24,922 nucleotides of DNA from positions 1 to 24,922 of the forward strand of contig JAKANV010000001.1 in NCBI GenBank assembly GCA_021823605.1. The letters are read 5' to 3'. The position numbers and the translations under genes were made by a program. Origin of the DNA: a bacterium (lineage in GTDB: Bacteria; Patescibacteriota; CPR2; UBA1875; JAJYID01). Position 1 is the stretch's first letter. Each line of letters starts with the position of its first letter. The notes below the pieces were generated by a model. It was not told the DNA's origin and ran no database searches. It saw only the letters and a program-made list of their open reading frames with translations. This document shows, one piece after another, positions 8,163-16,811 of this stretch.

Positions 8163-8182
8163 AAAAAAAACTCCTTTCGGAG
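8163..8182 (-). terminator. Intrinsic terminator after the LamG pilin pair
   Basis: Minus strand CTCC-GAAA-GGAG followed by T8. A second imperfect hairpin lies at 8195-8221. Confidence 0.65.
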
Positions 8183-8219
8183 AATTTTAAAATCAACTAG
8201 GGGAGTTAACTTCCGTTAG

Positions 8220-9038
8220 TTAGAAAGATTTGCTATAATACCTCAAGTTATCCACTGTAACGCCAGTATCAAAATAACCATTACCACAAAAAATACCTGA
8301 GCCAATTCTCACATAGCCAATCTTAGGTACTATATAAGATGAAAGATCACTAACAGTAGCACCACTACCATTAACGGGAGATTGACATTGTCCATCCAAA
8401 CATATTTTAGTATCGACCGATTGGCTAAAAGCAACATGATGCCACTTTGTATCCGATATATAAAGATTACTATATAGGGACTGTGTAGTCGCCGCTCCAA
8501 TGTTTACTGCCAATCTATAAATACCATTAGTACTACTGGCAGGTCTATAAATATAAACTGTAACGGCACTTGTACAACCACTGCCAGAATCACGACCAGC
8601 GGCAACAAGAGTGCCACCAGTCGTCTCATTTATATCTGGCAGTTTAAACCAAAAAGAAATGGTGCTAAGAGGCCCTATTGATGAACTGAGTGCTTGTGAA
8701 CTTGAAGAAGCATTCGCTATTTTTATTGCATTACCGCCATCAAATCCTGCATCAGAAGTGCCCGCACCAAATGCGAAGCTAGTGTTACCCATTTCGTCCG
8801 CAGCTGGACTTGAGCCCTCATCAAACTTCCATCCAACTATTTGAGAATCCTTCATACTAGAATCTATACCATGATCAAAGTTGATTGCCTGAGTCATCCT
8901 CGCCTGCTCTCTAGCTAAAATAATTGCTCCTACGATCAACATAGCAAGGACTGCCAATATCGCCATTACTACAAGTATTTCTATAAGGGTAAAGCCTTGC
9001 TCGGCCTTTTTCTTCAACTTTTTCGGTAATGTTTTCAT
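8220..9038 (-). CDS. Type IV pilin with C-terminal LamG/concanavalin A-like head (copy B)
   Basis: QG|FTLIEILVVMAILAVL motif. The head has GWKFDE, TISFWFK, DTKWHHVAFS and VDNLRYY, typical of Laminin_G_3 domains. Confidence 0.88.
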   Translation of the reverse strand: MKTLPKKLKKKAEQGFTLIEILVVMAILAVLAMLIVGAIILAREQARMTQAINFDHGIDSSMKDSQIVGWKFDEGSSPAADEMGNTSFAFGAGTSDAGFDGGNAIKIANASSSSQALSSSIGPLSTISFWFKLPDINETTGGTLVAAGRDSGSGCTSAVTVYIYRPASSTNGIYRLAVNIGAATTQSLYSNLYISDTKWHHVAFSQSVDTKICLDGQCQSPVNGSGATVSDLSSYIVPKIGYVRIGSGIFCGNGYFDTGVTVDNLRYYSKSF

Positions 9039-9047
9039 TACATAATA

Positions 9048-9076
9048 ATGATAATGTATGCAATCTCTTTTTACAA
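9048..9076 (-). promoter_or_regulatory. Candidate sigma70 promoter for LamG pilin B
   Basis: TTGTAA (9076-9071), 17 nt, TATCAT (9053-9048), 9 nt, ATG 9038; no SD. Confidence 0.45.
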
Positions 9077-9112
9077 TATAACGATAACTTTCGAACTTAT
9101 ACCTTTATCGCT

Positions 9113-9886
9113 TCAAAATGCTTTGCTATAGAGGGCCAAATCATCAATAATAATACCCTGAGTAAACTGTCCCCAACCACAACCTCCGGCGCCGTTAAAA
9201 TCAAGGGCATAGGCAGTCTTAATGGTACTAGCTGGATCAGGGGTAGTAAACGTTTTACAATTTCCATCTAAACATATCTTCGTATCCACATTTTTACTCA
9301 TCGTATAGTAGTGCCAGCTGTCATCCTTTACGATAAAGCTACTATCCGACCATATATTCGTGGGAGAACTTGGACAAAATTTGTTTCCATAACTCTGTGG
9401 AGATGTTGTCCCAAAGTTACCAGCAGCATCTTCAGTGACAGAGCTACTATCTAGAGTGGATATAAACGTTCCATCTAAGTCAGTGGTATTCGGAAGCCTG
9501 AACCAAAAAGCGATCGTTTTGACCGGACCGACAGGGTTAGACAGACTACTTACAACCCAACCAGTACCAGAAAACTGATAGGCTGAGGTTCCATTCATGC
9601 CTTGTACCCAAGTGCCTACCTTTCCGGGACTTTCTACTGTAATATTATTGTTTCCCCAATCATCTTTGGTGGTGCTCCCACTATTTTCATTAAAACTCCA
9701 ATGACCAAGAGTTGAGTCTTTCATACTAGACTCGACACCATGAGCAAAGTTGGTAGCCTGAGTCATTCTTGCCTGTTCTCTGGCTAAAATAATCGCTCCC
9801 ACAATCAACATAGCGAGTACTGCCAATATCGCCATCACTACGAGTATTTCTATAAGGGTAAAGCCTTGTTTGCCTAACTTCTTCAT
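9113..9886 (-). CDS. Type IV pilin with C-terminal LamG/concanavalin A-like head (copy A)
   Basis: QG|FTLIEILVVMAILAVL motif. The head has GHWSFNENSGSTTKD, TIAFWFR, DDSWHYYTM and IDDLALYSKAF. Confidence 0.88.
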   Translation of the reverse strand: MKKLGKQGFTLIEILVVMAILAVLAMLIVGAIILAREQARMTQATNFAHGVESSMKDSTLGHWSFNENSGSTTKDDWGNNNITVESPGKVGTWVQGMNGTSAYQFSGTGWVVSSLSNPVGPVKTIAFWFRLPNTTDLDGTFISTLDSSSVTEDAAGNFGTTSPQSYGNKFCPSSPTNIWSDSSFIVKDDSWHYYTMSKNVDTKICLDGNCKTFTTPDPASTIKTAYALDFNGAGGCGWGQFTQGIIIDDLALYSKAF

Positions 9887-9920
9887 TTTTTTCTTAAATC
9901 ACCTTAAAACTCTTAAGATA

Positions 9921-9949
9921 ATAATATAATTAACCTTTACAAAAGTAAA
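9921..9949 (-). promoter_or_regulatory. Candidate sigma70 promoter for LamG pilin A
   Basis: TTTACT (9949-9944), 17 nt, TATTAT (9926-9921); SD-like AAGGTGA at 9905-9899. The region is AT-rich, so a chance match is possible. Confidence 0.4.
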
Positions 9950-9974
9950 CTTTAAAATGCTTATACATTTGATG

Positions 9975-10003
9975 TTGTTGAAAGGTACTAAAAAATCTAT
10001 AAT
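9975..10003 (+). promoter_or_regulatory. sigma70 promoter for the O-antigen-ligase-like gene, probably leaderless
   Basis: TTGTTG (9975-9980), 17 nt, TATAAT (9998-10003), 6 nt, ATG 10010; no SD. Confidence 0.6.
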
Positions 10004-10009
10004 GGTTAC

Positions 10010-12442
10010 ATGAACAAGCAGGAGATAGCTAAGCATAAATCTCTACCCATTGATCTAGTGGGTATTTTTAGAAAAAGTTTCCTATCAGGCGGTGAAAACC
10101 TTTGTCTGACCATCATTAAAATAGGGATTTATTTAATACTTACCTTACCCCTAACTGCATCATACGGGTTTCTCATGCTGAATATGGAAGCCAAAGTATA
10201 TCTTTTTAGAATTCTCGTTGAAATCATGGCAATAGCATGGACTTGGTTAATCCTTTTCTACCCCGAGTGGAGGAAACCTTGGCGGAAAATCCATGGGATC
10301 AGTAAGCTGATTTTAGTATTCATCGCTCTTTTCATGCTGTCTGCACTCCTTTCCACCATAATTAGTGTAGACCCTTCGTTTAGTTTCTTTTCGGATGTGC
10401 AGAGAGGAATGGGATTTTTAACCGTCTCTCATGTCTTCTTATTTTTTGCCATACTTTTCACGGTTTTTAACGCTAAATCATTTATCAGTCTTTTTAAATT
10501 TTCCGTCATAGTTTCTCTAGGTGTCTCTTTCTTTGCAATAATCCAAAATAACTTTGCCGTTTTGATGAATACACAAAGGATTCAGGGTACCATGGATTAC
10601 CCGAGCTTTTTTGCCGCATATCTGATATTCAATATCTTTTTTGCCTTCTTGGTAGCATCTGATTCAAAAAGAAAACAAGAAAGACTTATCTACTACCTCA
10701 TCTCAGCTATCCTCATAATAACACTGGTTTTTGCGGGTATTAGGGGGGCTATGGTGGGCTTTGCCGCCGGCATACTTGTCTCTTTTCTCTTAGTTTTAAT
10801 TTCCACAAGATTTAATCCGTTTCAAAGAAAGAATCTCCGAAAACCATATGTCCTCGGAATTATTTTATTGGCTATTCTATCTGTAGGTTTAATTGTTTTC
10901 ACCTATACAAACAAAAACTCAGTTTGGGTTACAAAAACTCCCCTGAAATACCTATCAAAAATAACATTGTCTGAAGGAAGCAGACGTATTACCGTATGGA
11001 AACTTTCGTATAATGCCTTCAAGGAAAAGCCAATCATCGGGTGGGGAATAGAGAATTTCGATGCTGCATACGCCAAATATTATGACCCTAAACTTTATGA
11101 AGGGGAGGGCCTTTCAAGGCAAAAATTTGACAAAGCCCATAATGTTTTGGTTGATACCTCTGTTACTCAGGGTCTACTTGGAGTTATTTCATATATTGGA
11201 ATATTTGGACTGTCAGCATTCGGACTATATCGATCTGTCAAAGATAGAAAAGTAAAAGAAAGGTTAACAAGAAGCAAGACCTTAAGGTCGCCTCCTTTAG
11301 CAGCATCTTTCCTAGTTGGGTTACTCGTTGCTTATCTCGTACAAAACCTTTTTGTCTTCGATACAGTCACTTCCTACTTTCTCTTCTTTCTTTTATTAGT
11401 TTACATACTCAAGATAAATATCGCTTCTGAAAGTACAATAAAGAAAACAAAAATTCAGGCTCAAAGTAAAAAAACGGTAGATAGCTTCCCACTTGATGCA
11501 AAATATTGGAAATTACCTTTATTCATAATTTTCTCTCTACCGATAATCTACTTCATTTGGTTATTTAATTTGTCATTCGGTTACTCCTCGCACCTTTTTG
11601 TTAGAGCTGTCCAAATCAGCAATCAAGGCGATTATAAGAAGGCCCTGCCCTTATACGAAAAATCTCTAAAAACATCCCACATTGAAGGAGCCGAAATAGA
11701 TGATAACCTCATAAATGTAACGACTAATGTCTTTAAAAAAGGAAGCTCTGACCTCGCTTGGCAGTATTTCTACTTGGTTGAAATGAGGGAAAAAGATAAA
11801 ATCAGCTCCAAAATATACCCGTATCTATATCTAGCCAATATTTATGAAACCGCATCCGACAAAAACCCTAAATATCTCGACCCGGCTGTCAAATACTATG
11901 AAGATGCAATTTTGCTGTCTCCAAAACAACTATTTATCTATTACGACTTAGCCAATTTGTATGCAGATAAGCATTTGTACAATAAAGCTTACACAACCCT
12001 AGACAGAGTCAGATCCTTTGACCCCGAGATAAATCCGGAAACCAACAGACATTACTTTGAAACAGCGCTTCGTGAAGAAAATAAGGAGCGAGCATTCAAA
12101 GAACTTGAGAATATGAGAGCTAAAATATCGAGAAATAATAGTATAGCTGACAAGAGTGATGCCTTCATCCAAGTTTTGTTAGAAAGTTCAAGAGGAGCAG
12201 TAGTCTATGACAGGACTGATCTTTTCCGAGACATAATTGACAATAATTATCATAAATACCTAGAAGCTTACGCAAACTCTGAGGGTTCAAAGACTGACAC
12301 GCTTTTTAAAATAGTACTCATAAACATTAACTTGAAAGAAAAAGAACAGGCCAAGAAAATAGCGAAAAGAATAGTCGTTTCTGACCCCGAATCCAAAGCA
12401 GATATCGATGGAGTTCTAAAAGCGATAGATTCTCTTAAATAA
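10010..12442 (+). CDS. O-antigen ligase family (Wzy_C) membrane protein with C-terminal TPRs; candidate pilin oligosaccharyltransferase
   Basis: About 12 TM segments; RIQGTMDYPSFFAAYL, IRGA, RITVWK...KPIIGWGIENF and AHNVLVD...GLLG motifs; TPR-like helices (KALPLYEKSL, AVKYYEDAILLSP, YYDLANLY). Confidence 0.88.
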   Translation: MNKQEIAKHKSLPIDLVGIFRKSFLSGGENLCLTIIKIGIYLILTLPLTASYGFLMLNMEAKVYLFRILVEIMAIAWTWLILFYPEWRKPWRKIHGISKLILVFIALFMLSALLSTIISVDPSFSFFSDVQRGMGFLTVSHVFLFFAILFTVFNAKSFISLFKFSVIVSLGVSFFAIIQNNFAVLMNTQRIQGTMDYPSFFAAYLIFNIFFAFLVASDSKRKQERLIYYLISAILIITLVFAGIRGAMVGFAAGILVSFLLVLISTRFNPFQRKNLRKPYVLGIILLAILSVGLIVFTYTNKNSVWVTKTPLKYLSKITLSEGSRRITVWKLSYNAFKEKPIIGWGIENFDAAYAKYYDPKLYEGEGLSRQKFDKAHNVLVDTSVTQGLLGVISYIGIFGLSAFGLYRSVKDRKVKERLTRSKTLRSPPLAASFLVGLLVAYLVQNLFVFDTVTSYFLFFLLLVYILKINIASESTIKKTKIQAQSKKTVDSFPLDAKYWKLPLFIIFSLPIIYFIWLFNLSFGYSSHLFVRAVQISNQGDYKKALPLYEKSLKTSHIEGAEIDDNLINVTTNVFKKGSSDLAWQYFYLVEMREKDKISSKIYPYLYLANIYETASDKNPKYLDPAVKYYEDAILLSPKQLFIYYDLANLYADKHLYNKAYTTLDRVRSFDPEINPETNRHYFETALREENKERAFKELENMRAKISRNNSIADKSDAFIQVLLESSRGAVVYDRTDLFRDIIDNNYHKYLEAYANSEGSKTDTLFKIVLININLKEKEQAKKIAKRIVVSDPESKADIDGVLKAIDSLK

Positions 12443-12465
12443 GCACCGACAAATCATAATATTTT

Positions 12466-12474
12466 TGGTATAAT
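12466..12474 (+). promoter_or_regulatory. Extended -10 promoter for the sugar transferase operon
   Basis: TG-G-TATAAT at 12466-12474; GAGG SD 7 nt before ATG 12505. Confidence 0.5.
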
Positions 12475-12504
12475 GTTTAGTACTGTTTATGATGAGGATT
12501 TTAT

Positions 12505-13857
12505 ATGGGCTTCAAAAAACTTTTGCTATTTGTCTGTGACGCTTTTGTTTTCTATGGAAGCCTGGCATTATTTATTACCATAAGATATCCCAACGACTTT
12601 CTGTATAACTGGAACTTGCACTATAAGATTTTCTCCATTCTATTTTTGATTCTTATCTTCAGCTTTTATGCTGTCGATCTTTACGAACTTGACTACTGGA
12701 AGAGTAAAGCCGACCTTTTCTCTAAAACTTTAAAAGTGGTGACTATAAACTTTGCTCTTGCCATAACACTTTTTTACTTCTTCCGCACACCTATCGCCCC
12801 TAAGACAAACCTATTTCTTTTCACCTTTCTTTTCACCTTTCTTTTCCTGCCAGCCAGGCTTTTCATGGCAAGATTTTTAAGGCTAACCCTACCATCAAAA
12901 AAGGCTCTTTTCCTGGGCAATGACAAATATTTTCAAAAAATATCTGATTTTCTCCGTGAAAATCCCCATGCAGGATATAAGATTGTTGCATTTGCACCTA
13001 CTGAAAAAATAAAATCTGCTGATAAAAAGATAAAGATAATATCTGACCATGAGAAACTTTTTAGCTTTTTGCAAAAAAGCAGTGTCAAAGTCGTCATCTC
13101 AAGCCTTAACCCCCACTTAACTAAAGAAAGTGTCAGCAGTCTTTATAACAGCATCCCCCTAAACATAGAGTTCCTATCCATCAACAAGTTCTATGAAAGT
13201 ATCAACACTAGAGTTAGTTTAGATACACTCGACGAATTCTGGTTCTTGGAGAACCTGGCAAAGGGTGAGAAAAAGATTCAAGGAATGATAAAGAGAGGCT
13301 TTGACTTCTTTGTTAGTCTAGCACTCGGAATTATTTGTCTACCCTTTATCCCATTTATAATTATCGCTATCAAGCTGACAAGCTCGGGCTCCATCCTATT
13401 CAAACAAACCCGGGTTGGGCTAGTTGGGAATAATTTCCAAATCATCAAGTTCCGGACAATGGTTAAAGATGCTGAAAAAAATGGGCCACAATGGGCAACA
13501 CAGAATGATCCTAGGATTACAAAAATCGGAAAATTCCTTCGTAAAACTCATCTGGATGAAATACCTCAACTTTATAATGTAATCATTGGGAATATGTCAC
13601 TTGTCGGCCCCCGACCTGAAAGACCAGAGTTTGAGGAAAAACTTTCAAAAGAAATTCCTTTTTATTCTATTCGGCACTTAGTGAAGCCGGGCATAACAGG
13701 CATGACCCAAATCCGCTCATTTTATGAGTCAACCACTGAGGACGCCAAAGATAAACTTGAGTATGAGCTTTTCTACATAAAAAACAGAAACTTCTTCATG
13801 GATTTGAAAATTATACTAAAGACTATCCATCAGATATTTAAGGCGTCAGGTAGGTAG
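12505..13857 (+). CDS. Polyprenyl-phosphate hexose-1-phosphate transferase (WbaP/WcaJ-like initiating sugar transferase)
   Basis: Four N-terminal TMs, CoA_binding_3-like middle region, and Bac_transf motifs KRGFD, IIKFRTM, DPRITKIGKFLRKTHLDEIPQLYNV and MSLVGPRPERP. Confidence 0.94.
   Translation: MGFKKLLLFVCDAFVFYGSLALFITIRYPNDFLYNWNLHYKIFSILFLILIFSFYAVDLYELDYWKSKADLFSKTLKVVTINFALAITLFYFFRTPIAPKTNLFLFTFLFTFLFLPARLFMARFLRLTLPSKKALFLGNDKYFQKISDFLRENPHAGYKIVAFAPTEKIKSADKKIKIISDHEKLFSFLQKSSVKVVISSLNPHLTKESVSSLYNSIPLNIEFLSINKFYESINTRVSLDTLDEFWFLENLAKGEKKIQGMIKRGFDFFVSLALGIICLPFIPFIIIAIKLTSSGSILFKQTRVGLVGNNFQIIKFRTMVKDAEKNGPQWATQNDPRITKIGKFLRKTHLDEIPQLYNVIIGNMSLVGPRPERPEFEEKLSKEIPFYSIRHLVKPGITGMTQIRSFYESTTEDAKDKLEYELFYIKNRNFFMDLKIILKTIHQIFKASGR
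12814..12846 (+). repeat. In-frame 12-bp tandem repeat (TTTCTTTTCACC x2.75)
   Basis: 12814-12825, 12826-12837, partial 12838-12846; encodes FLFT-FLFT-FLF in a TM helix. Confidence 0.75.
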
Positions 13858-13858
13858 C

Positions 13859-15157
13859 ATGGAAGCAGCAGTAGCAAAAATCAGAAGCATATTCCTCGGA
13901 ACACAAGAAAAAAGGATCATCGCAGAAAATACAGCCTGGCTCACTGTCGCTGAAGCAATAACCCGACTGTCAAAGTTTGCATTGATAGTTTACGCAACTA
14001 GAATCTTGGGGCCAACCGGCTTCGGCCAGTTCTCCTTTGCCCTTTCATTTGTGATGATATTTACCGTCTTCGCAGATTTAGGACTTTCGCAAATAATTTC
14101 AAGGGAGATTTCGCAGAGAAAAAAGGGTGAGCTAGAATTCAATAATATTTTAAGCTTAAAGATTATTATTTCGTTTATAGTACTTCTTGCCGTGGTTATA
14201 ATTGCACAGATCACTATTAGCGATTTGTTGGTAAGACAATCTGTTTTAATCTTGCTGGTTTTTATGTTCACTAATACTATTAGTGACTTTCTATTTTCCT
14301 TTTTCCAGGCGAGAAAAAATATGAGATATGAGGCTTATACTAGGATTATCCAGGCTGTAGCCAGCACAATCCTAGGTTTCTTATTATTGAGTCAGACTCA
14401 AACAACAGTCGGATTGACCATAAGCTATGCTCTGGCAGGTTTGATATCTCTAATTTATATTTCGATACTTTATTTCTTAAAAAGAAGGAAATCTTCTAGT
14501 GTAAAAACCCGATGGCTTCAATTCCAAACCTGGAAAAAATATCTTATGATGTCTTGGCCACTTATCTTAACTGGTATATTTGCAATGATATATAACGAAA
14601 TAGACTCTGTGATGATGGGTTATTATGGTCAAATAAAAGAAGTGGGTCTTTATAACGCCAGTTACAGAGCGATGTGGGTTATTCTTGTCCCCTGCTTGTT
14701 AATATATAGGACTTTTTTCCCAATTATAAATGAGAATTATTTTAAGTCGACAGAGACTTATAAAAGAATATGGAAATATTATTTGCGAATAAGTCTATTT
14801 ATGGCTGTTCCCACACTACTTTTCGGAATTTTGTTGGCAAATCAAATAATAATCTTTGTTTTCGGGCCAGATTACTCAGGAGCGGTAACCTCATTCCAAG
14901 TTCTCATCGGTGTCGCCGGCTTAACCCTTCTGTCTTTCCCCTTTAACCAAGGCTTGATTGCTGCAAATAAACAAAAAAAGGTATTTTTCGCTACTTTTTG
15001 GGGAGCTTTGATTAACATAATACTGAATCTTGTTTTGATACCCCGGTACTCTCTAAATGGTGCCGCTTTAGCCACTCTTATAGCTGTTTCAGTAGTCCTT
15101 TTGTTACAAGGTGCGTATTATTTAAAGATCGACAAAGTGCAAAGAGGCTTAGTATGA
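13859..15157 (+). CDS. wzx: Wzx/RfbX-type oligosaccharide flippase (MOP superfamily)
   Basis: About 12 TMs; RILGPTGFGQFSFALSF, DLGL, EIDSVMMG, VGLYNASYR and LIPRYSLNGAALAT motifs. Confidence 0.9.
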   Translation: MEAAVAKIRSIFLGTQEKRIIAENTAWLTVAEAITRLSKFALIVYATRILGPTGFGQFSFALSFVMIFTVFADLGLSQIISREISQRKKGELEFNNILSLKIIISFIVLLAVVIIAQITISDLLVRQSVLILLVFMFTNTISDFLFSFFQARKNMRYEAYTRIIQAVASTILGFLLLSQTQTTVGLTISYALAGLISLIYISILYFLKRRKSSSVKTRWLQFQTWKKYLMMSWPLILTGIFAMIYNEIDSVMMGYYGQIKEVGLYNASYRAMWVILVPCLLIYRTFFPIINENYFKSTETYKRIWKYYLRISLFMAVPTLLFGILLANQIIIFVFGPDYSGAVTSFQVLIGVAGLTLLSFPFNQGLIAANKQKKVFFATFWGALINIILNLVLIPRYSLNGAALATLIAVSVVLLLQGAYYLKIDKVQRGLV

Positions 15158-15705
15158 AGCAACTAAAAATTCTAGAGATTGGGTCCGGCAAGAATTTCTA
15201 CAAAGGCAAGAAAACTGAAGATGTGGTTCATCTTGATGCTGTTAAGTTACAACATGTTGAAATAGTCCATAATCTTAATAACTTCCCCTATCCTTTTGAG
15301 AAGGATACTTTTAATGTTGTTATTGCAAATCACGTACTGGAACACCTAGACCATTTCTTAGAAACTATGAATGAAATCCATAGAATACTTAGACCGGGAG
15401 GAACTGTCAAAATAAAGGTACCTTACTTTGGCTCACCGAATGCTTTTACTGACCCAACACATAAAAAATTTTTCACCAAAGAATCTTTTGATTATTGGGA
15501 CAAAACGACAGAATATGGATTTGAATATAACCATCAAGTTAATAAGTCGTTTTACCTGATTGAGAAAAAATTGATATTTGCGAAGGGATTGAAATATAGC
15601 CTTGTCAGTTGGATAGAAAACAAGAAACCCGCTTTCTATGAGGTCCACATTTCAAGGATAATCCCGGCAGACGAAATATACTTTGAGTTGGGAAAAGATA
15701 AATGA
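15154..15705 (+). CDS. Class I SAM-dependent methyltransferase (Methyltransf_11-like), of the type common in glycan clusters
   Basis: Motif I ILEIGSGK, PYPFEKDTFNVVIANHVLEHL, EIHRILRPGG, DPTH; ATGA-coupled at both ends. Confidence 0.88.
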   Translation: MKQLKILEIGSGKNFYKGKKTEDVVHLDAVKLQHVEIVHNLNNFPYPFEKDTFNVVIANHVLEHLDHFLETMNEIHRILRPGGTVKIKVPYFGSPNAFTDPTHKKFFTKESFDYWDKTTEYGFEYNHQVNKSFYLIEKKLIFAKGLKYSLVSWIENKKPAFYEVHISRIIPADEIYFELGKDK

Positions 15706-16811
15706 AAATAGCAGTAAATTTAATACCTTATACAACATATCAAGGGATTGAGACATATACAAGAAATCTCATTTTAAGCCTGCAGAAAACGCCCGATATT
15801 GAGATAATTCTGATAAAACACAGCAAATCGCCTAAGTTTCTAGATCTTTCTGGGTCGAATATCAAAAATTTTACTATTGCAATAAAGAAAAGAAAAAGGG
15901 GCAAATTGGCAATATTGCAACAAACAAAGCTTTTTTTTATTTTAAAAAAGACAAATCCTGATTTTCTGCTCTGCACATCGCCCGCTGCTCCTATTTTTTA
16001 TAGAAAATCAATTATCACCATACATGATTGCGCATACGATAGATTTCCGGAGTTTACTTCTCTAATTAGCAAAGTCTACTTTAAGGTAATGTACTATAAT
16101 GCAAAGATTTTTTCACGGATGATTCTGACAGATTCAGAATTCTCAAAATCTGAGCTGATTAAACGCTATCATATTAAACCTGAAAAAATTAAGGTTGTCT
16201 ATTTAGCACTTCCTAAATTACCTGCTCAAAAAAATAATGCTTTGAATCATTTTAAACTAAAAAACAAAAAGTACTTTATTTATGTAGGGAATACTCGGCC
16301 GAGAAAAAACATCGGGGGGTTATTGAGAAGTTTTAAAATTTTCTTATCTTCACATCCATCTTACAAGCTTGTCATTGCCGGTCGCATAGACGATAGATTT
16401 GTGAACTTGAAAGCTATTATCAAAGAACTCGGGTTAAATAATAACGTTATTTTGACCGATTTTATAAAAGACAGTGAAAAGGTTAATTTAATAAAACACT
16501 CTGCTGCTCACACATTCCCCTCATACTATGAAGGTTTTGGGTTGCCTATCTTGGAAGCACAAAGCTTGGGGGTTCCTGTCCTCACATCAAATACTTCTTC
16601 TATCCCTGAAGTTGCCGGAAAAGGCGCCCTCTACATCGACCCCTGCAATGTCCAAGATATCGCAAGGGGCATGGAACAGATTGTGACTGATACCAAACTA
16701 AGAAAGGAACTGATAGAAGAGGGTCATAAAAATGTAAAGAGGTTTTCTTGGGAGAAAACGGCTAAAGAGTTGGCTGATATACTTGAGGAGCTCAAAAATG
16801 AAGATTCTTGA
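15702..16811 (+). CDS. GT4 glycosyltransferase (MtfB/WbdA-like, mannosyltransferase-type subgroup)
   Basis: TIHD, FIYVGNTRPRKNI and FPSYYEGFGLPILEAQSLGVPVLTSNTSSIPEVAG. Sugar specificity cannot be determined by eye. Confidence 0.9.
   Translation: MKIAVNLIPYTTYQGIETYTRNLILSLQKTPDIEIILIKHSKSPKFLDLSGSNIKNFTIAIKKRKRGKLAILQQTKLFFILKKTNPDFLLCTSPAAPIFYRKSIITIHDCAYDRFPEFTSLISKVYFKVMYYNAKIFSRMILTDSEFSKSELIKRYHIKPEKIKVVYLALPKLPAQKNNALNHFKLKNKKYFIYVGNTRPRKNIGGLLRSFKIFLSSHPSYKLVIAGRIDDRFVNLKAIIKELGLNNNVILTDFIKDSEKVNLIKHSAAHTFPSYYEGFGLPILEAQSLGVPVLTSNTSSIPEVAGKGALYIDPCNVQDIARGMEQIVTDTKLRKELIEEGHKNVKRFSWEKTAKELADILEELKNEDS

Noticed and set aside
9032-9059. Xer/dif-like 11-6-11 arrangement TCATTACATAA-TAATGA-TAATGTATGCA over the pilin B start
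   Set aside because: Only the inner CATAA matches, the XerD arm is poor (about 5/11 against TTATGTTAAAT), the region is very AT-rich, and no partner site was found.
9080-9112. Hairpin between the two LamG pilins (AACGATAA...TTATCGCT)
   Set aside because: Long loop, weak stem and no clean U-tract; not enough to call a terminator.
11278-11289. Perfect 12-bp palindrome GACCTTAAGGTC in a basic loop of the ligase-like gene (possible REP-like insertion)
   Set aside because: Single copy in the window, and several 12-bp palindromes are expected by chance in 25 kb. A genome-wide count would be needed.
15931-15938. T8 tract in a GT4 gene (also A8 at 1732-1739 in comEC) as phase-variation sites
   Set aside because: Short A/T runs are expected at this composition, both frames are intact, and there are no long G/C tracts.
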